This document shows, in pieces, positions 38,702-51,385 of a stretch of DNA of 64,000 nt. The stretch spans positions 806,001-870,000 of the forward strand of contig JAYWIR010000002.1 in NCBI GenBank assembly GCA_036172245.1. Reading direction: 5' to 3'. How positions within the stretch are numbered: position 1 is the first letter of the stretch; every line of letters starts with the position of its first letter. A model generated the notes under the pieces. That model saw only the letters and a program-made list of their open reading frames with translations, was not told the DNA's origin and did no database searches. This DNA is from Raillietiella orientalis (taxonomy: Eukaryota). Position numbers and translations under genes: made by a program.

Positions 38702-41700
38702 CTGAAAAGAGTCTCTCTTGGATGGCCTTACTGGCTATGGGGGCTAGAAAGGAGCAGGGAACCCCCTCCTTCTCCTTTCCCGCGGGAATTCTCTCCTCAG
38801 TTTCCCATCGTCATTATCTGACAGCTCTGACCACGGGATGTGAGCTCTAGGAAGGGAGGGGAAGCGACTGGCTCGCTTTGCCCTCAAAAGCAGCCTCCCC
38901 CCAGGCGAGGAATCCGTTTCCACATTCTACGGGCCGGAACGCGATAGTTCCCCCTCCTTCCTTCACGCCCTCCCTTCTAATAAAGCAGCAAAGCTGTCGC
39001 GGACATGCCCCGAGATCCTGAGGGTATTATCCTCTCCCCCTTTTCTCCGTTTCCCCACCCTCAGTGAGGGAGTGAGGATCCCTTCCTCTAGGATGAGGGA
39101 CTGAGCCGCGTCCCGAGTGTCGCAGCTACAGTGCTCTGTCGTCCCTACCGGGAGGATCGGCCACTGGACTGCGTCGGCAAGCGCGTGGGGAAATCCGGCA
39201 GGAAAAGGCTCGGTGGCGGATCTCCAGGTGCTGCTGCTGCTGCCGACCTCCAGGGCAGCTTGAGGAACGGTTGACCAGGTCGGATGATACGCGCGGTCGA
39301 ACGGAAGGCATCCGTTTCCTCGCTTTTGGCATGCCCCAAGTGGGAGACAGTCGGGAAAGGATTCCGGGGGACTCTCTCGACGAGCTCGCGGGAGTTCTCC
39401 CGGATGCCACCCCTTGGATCAGCCGTGTTCCACATGGGACGGTGGCGCTATCCCTCGGGAACTGTGTTGTGGAAATCTCCACTTCTTCGGGGATCCGAGT
39501 CCACTCCGACGTTCTGGTCAACGATGATCCCTCGGTCGACCCTAGTTACCTTTGCGTTCATCCTTGGACCCTCCCCGCGTCCCGAGAGAAAAGGAGAGAG
39601 GAAAGTTGAGCGTTCCACGTGCAATCTCCGTACCATTCAGTAAGAGACCGGTCGTCGGACGTTCAGGGGGACCGAGGGGAACGCGCGTGATACCGTGCTA
39701 CTTTCTCTCTTCCCTCTCCCCACCACCTTCCCCTCCATTTCCCGAGAGGGGAAGAACAAAAAGAAAAAAACTTACTTGGAGGACCCTCTTGGGCAGATCC
39801 GTATTCGTGGAGAGCTGCTTGAGGTCCTTGGCATCGGGGTTATGGTTCTCGGCGAAGAACAGCTTCAGCATCTTCAGCTGGCTGTGCTTGAAGGAAGTCC
39901 GCATCCTCTTGGGGCGTGCGGGAGGCTCCTGGTGGCCACCTGCGCAGTCCGAATCGGGGAGGAGATCTGGGGAGAGCGCGACAGGATCGCATGCAGTGAG
40001 AGAGAAGGAACGAGGCAGGGTCGAGCGGGAAGAGAGGGAGGGGGGAGGAGAGGGAACGATACGGAGACGCCCGGAAGCGGAAGCATCGCCGCTGCCAACT
40101 GCTTGAATGCGTGGCGACTCGCCGGGGGATCTGCGGGAGAGAATCCCGTGGCGCGTGAGACACGCACCCGCCGCTCCCACAATGTGGGAGCTGTGAGCGC
40201 TCGCGGGGCACTTCCGTGAGGCACTTTCGCAGGAGAGGAGGAAGAGGGACGCTCGTGGAAAAACGGGGAGTTCCCTTTCAGATGGTAATCGGGTACCGAC
40301 GACTCACCGGGAGGCAGGGAATGGGAAGGGAGGGGGAAGAGACGACTGGGTGGAGGGGTGCGACTATCGTGGTCGGCCTCCCGCAGGAACTAAGCCCAAC
40401 CACTCTCCGTGCCCCCCCTCCCCCCCCCCCCCATCACACAGCAACCCGCACCTCCTTGGTTTGGGAAGTGCCGGAAGGTAAGGAACGGCTTCTTCCTCCC
40501 AACGCAAGGTGGAGAGTCCTAAGGGAGGAAAGCGGCGAGAGGATCACATCCTTCCATTTCTCCCCCCACCTTCAGTCCGGATACGTGAGCAGCTTTCCTG
40601 GTTCCCCCTTCCGCAGGGGAGCTCGCCGTCGTTGCCTGTAGGGAGGAGAGGCAAGCGAGCGTCAGCTTTCCCCTCCCTTTCCCCATCCACGGGACGGAGG
40701 CGGGCTCTGCTGCGCCGTCAGAGCTAGGTCCAGCCGGAGGAATGGACAGCAAACTGCTGCAGGAAGCAGGATGCTTGCATCCCTGGGGGAGAGCGAAGGA
40801 ACCGGAAGGGTCACGGACCCTTCCTCTAGTTGGGAAGAGGACTTCCCGCAGAATTCCTAGAGAGGAGGACGCAGTGTCTGGAAGGAGGGATGAAGGGGCT
40901 GCCCTTCCGGAAGCTCGCGGAGATGCCTGAAGGAATTCGGGAGTGACGGGAACTCCGGGAGCTGTCCGGCCGCGGCATTCCCTGGAAAAGCCCCGCGCGG
41001 CGGCGGCGGCGGCACGCCTTTCCCGGAGTAAGGGGAAGGGGATCCAGATGGGAGGAGGCGTGGGGAGCTCGCAGGGCAGGGAGGCGAGGCCGTTTCCGCG
41101 ATCGTTGCCATGCCATCTGCTTCCAGGATGCCAGGAGTCCCGTTCCTTCCTTTTCGGAGGAAGAGGGGGAAAGAGAAAAAAACCGCACCGTTTGTTGCGG
41201 GAGGCGGGAGGGCGGTTCCTTTCATTGTGCTGAGAGGGGAGGGGGTAGAGGGGTAGCCGGCCGGCCGGGCACCTGGGGCTGGCTGCGAGCGTCGCCGTCG
41301 GGTGCGGTTGGCGCCTGACCGCCGCCAGCAGTCGCGCGCGTGCGGGTCGGAGAGACGACCCGTCTCTGCCGCGGGGAGCCCTGCAACCAGCTCGCAGGGC
41401 GGCTGCTGGGGCTGCAGAGCAGGGAACGGGAGGAAGAGACGCGATCCCTTTCTCCAGTCCCTCCTTCCTCCGATAGAGGGCGCAGATCAGTATCTCTTTA
41501 TGGGGCGCGCGCGAGAGGAAGGGTTTCTCCTCCTCTGACTTTTTCCCTCCCTTTCCCCCCTCCTCCCCTGCCCGAGGTCCGAATGAGCTCCTTACCTTCG
41601 TGGGGGTGCAGCCTGAGCTCGGCGCCCTTCTTCCTCCTCGACCTGTTCCTCGCGTAAAGAGCGCAGTGGTCGGCGCCAACGACGCTCGCCGCCGCCGCCT

Positions 41701-44700
41701 CCTCGTAGCCGCCTCTGCAGCAGGCGTTCCCTCCGTGGCACGGGTGGCTCTCCAGAACCGGCCGGGCGGAAGCTCGGGACTCCCGCGTCGGGGAGCGGAG
41801 GAAGGGAACACCCAGGAGAGGGGTGAGAGGAGGAGGAGGAGGAAGGGGAGGAGGAGGAGGCGGGGGAGGGACCGCCGCCCCGCCTCCGTCTCCAGCTCCC
41901 TCCGCAAGCCTGTAGTGCTGGCTGCAGTAGATAGTGCTGCCGCGCAGCCCGAAGTGCTCGCCCTTGAGGAAGGGGCGGAGGCAAATGGCGCATGTGAAGC
42001 ACTGCACGTGGTACACGGAGTCGCGCACCTCCATGACGTACTCGTTGGTGCAGATTCCGACGCCGCAGCGCACGCACCTCCGGATGCCGAACAGCCTGAA
42101 AGCAGAGCGTGGGGAGAGGAGGTGGCGATCTCTCTCGAACAACATCAGCACCTGCGTCCGCCGGGGCGCGATCCTCGCCCACCGCCTCCCCTCTACGGCG
42201 AGCTCTCCTCCTCTGAGGTGGTCCGGGACCCCAGGATTCGTGCCCTCTCCCCCGCGTTGCCTCGCACGCCTGTGCGCGGTCGCTATTTTGATCCAGTGCC
42301 AGGAGGTCGCCACTACCCCCGGAGCTGCTCTTCCCGGCTGGCCGCAGCCGGGAGCGGCGACAACAACAGCGCGCGCGCGCGCGCCAGCACGAGAGGGAGA
42401 GGGAGACGAAAAACATCCGGGGATGGAAGGGGAGGAGAGGGGGGAGACAAACTGGGAGGGAGGGAGCGGGCAGATTGAAAGATCCACCCGCGCTCTAGAC
42501 CGCCGCGAAGGCAGCACCCTGAGGAGGAGGGGAAGAGCCCCTGGCGGCTGCAATGCCATCGCGCACGTGCTCCCGCACATCTCGCCCGCTCGAGGGGAAA
42601 GGGCACGATCGCCTCCGCGGATCCTGCGCATCGAACACCACCTCCGCTGCAGCAGGGTGGCCTCGGAAGCAGGGAAGGCGCGGCGCTCCCTTTGCGCGCC
42701 TGCCTCCCGGACCTCCTGCAAACCGAAGGGTGCCGTTCCGGAAGGCCACCCGCCCCTTCTCCGCGGGCAGGCAGATATCCGTCCGACGACCGGCGCCACT
42801 CGGGGAAAGGAAGGGGTAGGATGGGCTGCGAACGAGTCACGTGACGCCACCTCTGCCGTAGAGACCTTCGCGGCCTCTCAGAGGGAGAAAGAGGGACGAC
42901 GGGGAAGGGAAGGGAAGGGAGGTCGTCTCCGGACTGCGGCCTCGCCGAGGGCTCGGGGCAAGGTGATGGCTCCCCCTTCCCTTCCCCGGAAGACGGAAGG
43001 AGGAGGGAGCAAACGGTAGCAAAGCGGAGGGGGAGGAAGCGAGGAAAGAGGAAAAGGAAATCGCCGGTGGCGGAAGAGGACGGGGCGGTTCGGGAAGCGG
43101 AAGAAGCGGTGCGCGCGCGCGATGGGTTCGAAGAGAGAAGGCGGAGGATGGGAAAGGAGGCGAGAAGAGAGGAAACAGAGAAGAAGATGCTGCCGATCCG
43201 CATCTTCCCAGCCTAACTCCCCTTCTCTCTCTCTCTCTCTCTCTCTCTATCCTTCCCTCCTCCTCCTCCTTTTTCTCCCGTGATTGATTTACGCCGCGTC
43301 CGCGCCGGCACCGCACCCCGCGCGAGCGCGGAGTCGCCGCCGCGCGCGGTTCCGCGGTGCCGCGCGCGCGCGCAGGCGCCGTCGCTCCGCCCGGGCTCGG
43401 GGCCCCGCGTCAGTTTCCGGATGAAATGTGCGCCCGGTCTTCGGGATCTCCCGATCCGCGCGCGCTGCCGGAGCCATTATCGCGCTCATCTCGGGCTGTA
43501 AATTACGGAAGCTGCTCGACGGGAAAAGGTCCGTTCTTCCCGGCGGGAAAAGCCCCGCGGAACAGGCGCTCCGCATGTCCGGACGTCTCGCTCGTGATTT
43601 AGGGTGAAATACAAATCACCGGGAGACGAGAGGACGCGGGAGCTGTCCGTCCGCGATCATCGCCGCAGCCTCCAGGAGCTCCTGCCGGCGCGACCGGCGC
43701 TCGGGTGTCGCCGCCTCTCCCCCTCCGCTGGAGAGGCCGAAGGAGGGCGGAGGGTGAGATGGAGGGAGGGAGGGAAGAGGAACGCCGGGAAGCAACGCGC
43801 AGCGGCGGGGCCGCCTATTGCGTTCTACTCTCCCCCGTACCGCGGACACCGGCCCGGGCATCTTCCCGCTCGCTCCAGGGGTTCGAAGGACGCAGCTCCG
43901 GCATGCCGGGGCGGTGGGACGCGACGCGCTCCTTGCATCCCGGACGCGCACCTACGAGAGAGCCCCGAGGGCATCCCTTGCTGCCATTGTTATCGTTGTT
44001 GTCGTCGTCCCTGCTGCTTTGCTGCTTTCCGACAGGACAGCCACGCCGCTCCCGGTCGGGTTTCGCCTTTCCTTTTCTTCCAGAAGCGGCGGGAAAGGAA
44101 AAAAGGCAGAAAAAAAAAACCTCGGGAGGGCGGGCGACGAGCTGCGAAACAGTGGAGGATCCCTGCTTTCCTCCCTCCCTCCCTCCCTCCGTCCTCCTCC
44201 TCCTCCTCTTCCGACTACAAACGGGTTTCGTCCTTGTATCGGGTTGCTCCGCGGAACCCTGGGAGACCACAGCTGCTGGGCTTCTGGGCTCGGCGCGCGG
44301 AAGAAACAAAACGGAGATCGTTTTCCCGCGCGTTGCGCGGCCCGGCGGCGCGCGGGTAACGCTATACGCTTGGGGAGACGGGCGGTGCCGCCGCGCGTTC
44401 CCGCTGAGGAACACGGGTCTCCCCACGCGGCCGACGGAGGAACCAGGCGCACTTGATAAATGGGAGGGAAGTCCTAGAAAAATTGAGCGACCTTGCGGAA
44501 GCTTCCGAGATCCATCTCGGGAGGAGGAGGAGGAGCCCTCGTCGGGCGGGGCACCCTTTGCTTTCCCGTCGGGGGAAGGTCGCCCGCGCCTCTTCCTCCC
44601 GCGGCGCGAGGGACGTGCAGCGGCGGCCTCGGCGGCTTCGCTGAAGAAGGATGTCTTCCTGGATACGCGCGCGCCCTCAGGGAGTCTCTAAGACCGAAGT

Positions 44701-47700
44701 CCGCGGCGCCGCTTTCGATCTCGCTGCTCCGCGAGCGGTGCGGATGCGGGGCAGCACGCCGGCGCCCCGCGTCGGAAGGAAGGGAAAGAGGGGGCAACGC
44801 CGCACGAACGCCGCCGCCGTGTGGCGAGACGGGGCGCGTCCGTCGCCGGTCGCCTCCGTGACGTTGGAGTCCCGAACGAGTAAAACATAGTCACAGCCCC
44901 CTGCCTGCGAACCTCGACTGCACCCACAACGTACGATGAGGGGAGAGCTCTTGGACAGTGCTAGGAAGGGTGGTGGCTGCCACGTGACCACCCTCTGATG
45001 CGTGACCGTCCACCGCCGCTCAGGACAAGACTCCCACACGCCGCCGCCGCGGTGGGGCTCCTCTGCCGCTTCTCCGCGCGCGAAAGCGGCGAGGATTCGT
45101 CCCTCTGGCCCAACGGCTTCCCAGAGCTTTCTCCCGTCGGGCGATTCCTCCTCCGCCGCTGCCGCCGAGAGCTCTGGAAAACCCACCACTCCCTCCCTGA
45201 CAACTTGATTAAAACGCGCGCTCTTGGAGGCGAATCCGGGCTTCGTGCGTTCGGTGGGAACAGAGGATCCCGACCGACCCCGCGATTGTTCGACGTTGCC
45301 ACGGAACAATCGCGGACTCTCCAGACGTGTCCGAAAAACTCGGCCGCAAAAAGCGCGCGCAAGAAGTCTCCTGCGTGAGCCTCGCATCTGGGCGACGAGG
45401 CTGGCGCTCGCGAAACAAGTTTCCCAGGAGATTTTCCTCCTCTCTCTCTCTCTCTCTCTTCTTTTTTCCCCCCCCTCCTCTACCAGGCGGCGGGCTGACG
45501 AGAGTTCTTCCCAATTTCGATCTTCACCTGGAGCGCTGTCATCTGCGGATGCTTCTGCTCGCAGTTATTGTTATTGCCGATGCCCTAGCCCGCGAGCTCG
45601 TTTTCCTTCCTTCCCCCTTGCCCCCTCCCTCCTGTCCCTCTCCCTCCAGCCCGCCCGCCCCTTGGAAGCGGAGGAGGGCCCGCCGGAGTGCAGCTCGAAC
45701 TTTTCGCGGGCTTCCGCGCGGGTTGCCCCCGCACCGCCACGCCGTCACTTTCGAAACCTCTCGGAGTGCTGTCCCTGGCGATGCATCACGCAGATCGAGC
45801 AGATGCAAAAAGGAAACGGTGAAGATGATATCAACAACGATCCTCCCTCTCAATCCGAGCGCTGCGCTACCTAAGAAAGAAAGGAGTGACCCAGGTCGAC
45901 CTTACGAGCAGCGACAGCAACCGGAAAATCAGCCCCGTAGAGGCTCCAAGAGCTGCCGGAGAGAATGCGGCGCGTCCAGGCACTGCTCTCTGAGCGAGAA
46001 GCAAGGGAGGGAGAGGGAGAGGGAGAGAGAAGAGAGGAGAATTTCCGAGAGCGCCGTGGCCATCGCCACCGAGAATAGCTTTCACTCTCCGCCTTCCTGC
46101 AGACACCGTTCCAGACAGCTTCCCGTGAGGAGGTCGCCACTCCTCCCGCTCCAGGGGCTACAGCAGCAGCGACGACTGGCGGAAGCGCCCCTCGAAACCA
46201 GCGTCCCAGGTAGTCCGCGCCGTCCCGTATCTGCCATCGATCCCGGAAAACAGCATCTATGGAGTCTCTCTTCTCGCCAATGGAGGAAGCCGGGCGGCGC
46301 AATGGGTGGGAAAGCGTCTCTCTTAGACTCTTCTTATGCTGCGCTCCCTACGCAAGGATGAGGGGAAAGCTCCACGAGCCCGACCAAGCACCCAGAGTCG
46401 CCGAGAGGAGGGAGAATGCACCCCCCTTCCCCTTTTTGCTACCTCGCCTGGGTCTACTCCTGGCTGCGGCGGCGACACCGGGAGGCAGGCGACCGAGGGT
46501 CATCGGCTACAATCAGAGGGCGGTGGCGACGAGGGGAAGCCGGCTCCCCGGCACCGTGGCGCGGGTGGCCCCTGCTGGGGATGGCGACTCACCTGTAGTA
46601 GTCCTGTTCGCAGTAGATGCGGCCTCCCCTGGTGAAGCACTTGTCGAAGTTCTCCAGGGACCCGGTGCACTCGCAACACTTAAGGCACGCGCCGTGCCAC
46701 CGCTTGTCCTCCACTGCCAGATAGAACTTCTCCCGGATGAATTGCCCGCAGCCCACGCAGCTCATGTTGCAGGGGTTGGCGCCGCGGGCCTCCGAGAGGC
46801 AGCTATCGAGAGCACCGCCGCAGCCGCCTTCGCAAGGACGTCCAGCCTTCCATATGATCCTGCCTCTCGGGTCCTGCTGCTTCTCGGGAGCCCTTCCCAT
46901 GGCGAAGCCGTACTCCGTCCCGGGAAACGGGCTCCCGGAATTTGCTCCGGCGACGGGAGGGACGGAAAGGAAGCGCGGGTGCGGGTTGTTGTTAGCACCG
47001 CCGGAGTCGCCGAGCCCGGGCGGCGACGCGACCCCGTCCACGCAGTGGTGCTTGTCCTCCTTGGGGGTTGCCGGAAACTGCTTCTGGGCAGGATGAGGAA
47101 ACGTGCCCGGAGGAGCGTTATGGTGAGGTGGGTAGAAGTCGAAGTGGCCCGGGTGCTGCTAGGGAACCAAGAGTTAGCGAACTTTCGGAGAAGAGGGTAA
47201 AAGAGGGAAATGCCCTGTCAAGCTCGGCTGGACGGGCAGCGTCAGAGATTCTTTGGACTCTTCACTCCCCGACCCCACCCCACTATTCCACCCACCCTCG
47301 ACGAGGGTGAGAGGGAAGGTGGGATGGGAGCCGCATGCACCTCCTGGAACTGCTAGCGGACCAGGCGGAAGAACCCCTTCGACGCGGCGGTGACGCTACC
47401 GGGAACTTCGTCCCAGAAAGGCGTTGGGGACGGCGTGGGCTCCGCCGCTCTGAGGCCGCAAGAGAGTCAGCCCTGTTCGGAGAAGGTAAAAGGAAAGCTC
47501 GCGGCGAAAGGCGAAGGGGAACAGCTGACCCATCCCGGCCCCGAAGCTGCCTCCAAATTTCCCGCAAAGTCTGCGACTCCACGGGCCGCCCCCGCCCCGT
47601 CGGCGCACGTGAAAGCCCGCCGCGGCGCCTCGGAGAAACTCCGAAGATGCGGGCGACCCGCTCGGGATCACGGGGCGAAGCGCTGGTACGGGGCAGAGGA

Positions 47701-50522
47701 CGATCTCGCCTCGAGGATCTTCGGATTTCGAACTGAGCCGACGGGATAACGGGAAATCTGGTCCTTTCCTCCCTCCCCCCTTCCCTTCGCTCTAAAGTCA
47801 AAACTCCTGCTGGCAGCTACACGCGATCCTCAGCAACGAGACCTTCCTGGCGATCAGAGAAGCATCACTTGGGAGTCCCAAGGGAAAAAATAACGGGAAC
47901 TCATCCTTCTTCGCACTATTTTTTTTCTCCATTCTTGGATAAGTTTATCTTGATCTTGGAGATTCAGTTCTAGACGGCGATTCATATATCTCGGTTGACA
48001 ACAGGAATGAGGTCAGAGGAGCCAAAAAACATTATCCCGAAGTCTTTTAATAGAGGGGGAAACCATTTCTATACCATCCGCGACGCGAGGACCCTGAAAG
48101 CAGCTTTCTTCGAGGTGCACGAATGCCTCGATCAATCGACCCAATGACTAATCTCCCGGGCAACCCAACTTATTCATCGCGTCCCGTAACAAGGCGCGTC
48201 GGACGCAGCGAGGATTTAAACTTTCAATCGCACCTGTGCCTCCCATCCCGATGCATCCTTGAGGAGAGGGAATGATACCTCGCTAGGGCAATTGAAAGTA
48301 CTTTACGGAACAGCTGACAAACTGGGAATTTTTATTGAACGGGATTGCTCCGGGAGGAATGCAGATTTATGGAAACATCGTAGCTGCACGCGAGAGGTGC
48401 ATCGACGGCGGAACATGAATCATCGCCACTCGGGAGGAGAGGAAGATGGATAGAAGGAAGATTTCAGCCCGTCCGGGAGCTCACTTCGTTCCCGCGCCAG
48501 ACCGGTCTTCGTCGCTCCCCATCCACGGCGGCTCCAAGATGGCTTCTTCACAGAGGCGGAGCTGCTCCGGGGGCAGGGCGCGAACCGGCCAGAGATCCAC
48601 GAAGGATCCGTCCTTCCGCGCCGCGCCGGGTTCTGCGGCTGGAAAAACCAAGGGCGACAGAGCGGCCCGCCGGAGGGCTCTTCTTGACCTCGTGGCCGCC
48701 TTCGCACCCACATCCAGCCCGCGCGAGCTCGGACCTCTCGTGCGGATCTCGGCCTCCCCTGACCCTGGAAAGCTGTGCACTCGCTTCGAGAATTCACGGG
48801 CACACTGCATTCCCTTAGCGCTATTGGATGATCCTGGAGAGCACGGGCGAGCCGAGGAGATAAGGCAGTGTCCTGAATCTCAATGCAACATGTGATCTCC
48901 TTCGCAGTATGTCGATTCGCCGCCTCCAGAGCGGACCGCGATCGCCTCATGCCGATTTGCATAAACCTCAGACGGGCCTTGAACGGCACGCATTTCAATG
49001 GGCGGCCCTTTGCTCCTTTATCTTCGCGACCTTTTCCTTCTTCCTGGTCCACACCGAGAGAGCCATTCATGAAAATCCGGGAGAGAGATTCTCTCTTCCC
49101 ATTCCCTCCCATCCTCGGAGAGGATCTCATGGGGATTTTCGCGGCGGCGCCCGGACAGCAGCGGATGTTCCTCTCCCGGGCGGAGTCTTCGAGTTCTGTA
49201 AAAGCGTCCCTCTTGGATCGCGTCCCCCCCTCCCCCTTTTCCCCCGCATAGGCGGCAGCACGTTCGTCGCCGCTGCTTTCGGCTCGACAGGATGTGTGGG
49301 AGGCCCGGTGAACAGCGGGGAAGAGTTTGGCTGCTCCGTTCGGCCCCCGGCAGGCTTCAGTCACGCTAGCTGGTCGCGTCGCTTCGGGATCGGGAAGGCT
49401 TGGGCAGGCTGGAGAGGAGGCTGCGGTCCTGACAACGACGCCCCGCGAACTCCGGCTTTCGACAGTCCTCAAGGAAAGACGAGCAAAAAAAGAGGGGAAG
49501 GTGCCGGAGCCAGTATCAAGAGATGAATGTCCCATCGGAATCCATATCAAGATTGCCATGTTCCTGACCCGCTTCATTAGTATTCCCCGAAGCCGCGAGC
49601 TCCCTGTTCAAGTGTCTGAGAAATGAGAGACGCAGTCTAGACAAGGGACTCCCGTGTCAGTCATCTCGGAGTGTGATCGCATCGGAAGTACGATCAAACG
49701 GTCCACGTTCCCGCTCTTCCCCTCCCCCGCCTCCTCATTTCCGGAACTGCAAGTGCTGGCTGCCTCGTATTCTAGATAGGAAGGCAAGAAGAGCGACTCC
49801 AAGATATCTTTTGGGGTGGGTAGGGAGGAAGAATCCAGGTTCATAGACTCTGGAGAGAGAGAGAGAAAGGTTCCTGAAAGCCGAATTGAGTCGACCGTCA
49901 AGAGCTTCAGAGTCGTTGGCGGGTTGGAACACTCCTGCCTCTTGAGCGTCACTCTCAACACTAGTATAGGGTTTAGGGAAGATGGAACCTCTTTATCCAT
50001 TGATAGAATGCTGATAAGGGTGCGATTATAGAGTCACTCACTCGAGTTACAATCCAGGGACGTTGATTTGCACCCCATTCATGTTCACGCCTTATCTAAG
50101 CCTCGCGGTTTCCAAGCCAGCCTGAAGTCAGCAGCGCGTGGTACAGCGCGTGAAAGGGGGTTACTAGTGGAGGATCTTCCTCCATCCAGGGAATAACCGA
50201 TTAAATGGGAGACAATGGGATCCGAAATGGGACCTCGAGAAACCTGGACAGATCCAGCGCTTTTCACACGAGGGACATCTCTTCCCATCTGTTGCTAAGG
50301 AAAGCTGGAGATCGCCTGCGCTCGCCATCGGGGCGGAGAGCGAAATCGCGCCCGTGAGGAAACCGGGAGCTCTTCGTGTAAAGGGTCAAGGCTCCCAGGA
50401 GCATGCGGACGGGGAATGAAAAGAGGCAGGACACGGCAAGAACGTGATAGGCCAGGGAGGAAGCAGCATCTGCTCACCCAGTACATAGCTTGAGCAATCG
50501 AGGAGTTCTGCCACATTCCCAT
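38534..50522 (-). CDS. ap: LIM-homeobox transcription factor, apterous/Lhx2/9 family, paralog 2 (apA-like, divergent); complement(join(38534..38701,39776..39966,41596..42095,46593..47158,50478..50522)), 489 aa
   Basis: Two complete LIM domains plus homeodomain RPKRMRTSFKHSQLKMLKLFFAENHNPDAKDLKQLSTNTDLPKRVLQ|VWFQNARAKWRRM. GT-AG introns. 45+566+500+191+168=1470 nt with phases 0,2,1,0, identical to paralog 1. Confidence 0.92.
39776..39966 (-). CDS. ap: ap paralog 2, homeobox 5' exon
   Basis: Acceptor CTCTCCCCAG|AT. Encodes the homeodomain up to RVLQ. Donor CAA|GTAAGT. Confidence 0.92.
41596..42095 (-). CDS. ap: ap paralog 2, LIM2 and poly-Pro linker exon
   Basis: Acceptor CTCTGCTTTCAG|G. Encodes LFGIRRCVRC..HVQC..CAIC..CSQH, poly-Pro, RNRSRRKK. 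Donor G|GTAAGG, phase 1. Confidence 0.92.
46593..47158 (-). CDS. ap: ap paralog 2, N-terminal and LIM1 exon
   Basis: Branch GCTAAC plus TTCCCTAG|CAG acceptor. Open frame to CVGC..HGAC..CCEC..CEQDYYR. Donor AG|GTGAGT. Confidence 0.88.
50478..50522 (-). CDS. ap: ap paralog 2, probable first coding exon (MGMWQNSSIAQAMYW)
   Basis: ATG plus 15 codons, donor TGG|GTGAGC, phase 0. Splicing gives MYW-QH, resembling the apterous MHWQ motif. Same coding length as exon 1 of paralog 1. Confidence 0.6.
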
Positions 50523-51119
50523 GTAGGTTCTTCATCCACTGGAGGTCCACCACCACACACAGGAACAACAATGGCAACACGAGGAAGGCGGAAGCACGGA
50601 CGCACCGGAGGGGGATATTCTACCGTGCCGTGGAGAGGTGCGTTCCACCCTCTAGGAGGAGGGAGGAAGGCAACTGGCGCGGCACACTGGAGGAGAGCAG
50701 TTCGCTGATGTCGCCTTTTCAGGACTACACAAGCTCTGTCTGAAGGTCCGGGGTCTCCTCTTCCTTCTTTCGTCTCAAGGAGAACGTCCCACACCAACGC
50801 TGGCTATTCGCATGAGGAACGAGCAGGGGTTGCACCTGCCGACCAGTATCTCAGCTGAAAAGAACGAGAGCACCATCCGTAGAGGCCGCCCGGGCGTGGT
50901 ATCCCGACGGCATGCTGATCTCATCAGTTCACCCGGAGCACACTCGAACGCACGCAAAGACCGCGACAGTCACCCTCGCAGCACGCGCATCGTCTCGGAT
51001 CATACTAACGAGCGAGGCAGAGAGCACCAGGTTCACGCGAATCACGTCGCTCTGCCCAGATGAACGGAGAGGGGATGGAGAACGAATTTCGCGGAATTAA
51101 AGACGGCAGAGGGTAAAAG

Positions 51120-51385
51120 ACACACACAAGCACACACGCGTACACACGCGCGCGCGCGAGCGAGCGAGCGTAAAAAAAAAAAAAAAAAGAAAAGAAAAGG
51201 AAAGGAAAGGAAAAAAAACACAGGCAAAAAAAAGAAATTAAAGAAGGAACGAAAGAAAAAAGCAGCAGAATAGCAAAGCGAAGCAGAGACGATAAAAAAA
51301 AAAAAAAAAGGAAAATAGGGGGTGCAAGGGGGAGGGTGATTTATTCATCCGTCGTTCCTTCGCGTCGCTCTTTTTTTTTTTTTTT
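51120..51385 (+). repeat. (CA)n/(CG)n microsatellite and poly(A)/poly(T) tracts upstream of ap paralog 2
   Basis: Directly visible, 0.6-0.85 kb upstream of the proposed ATG. Confidence 0.85.
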
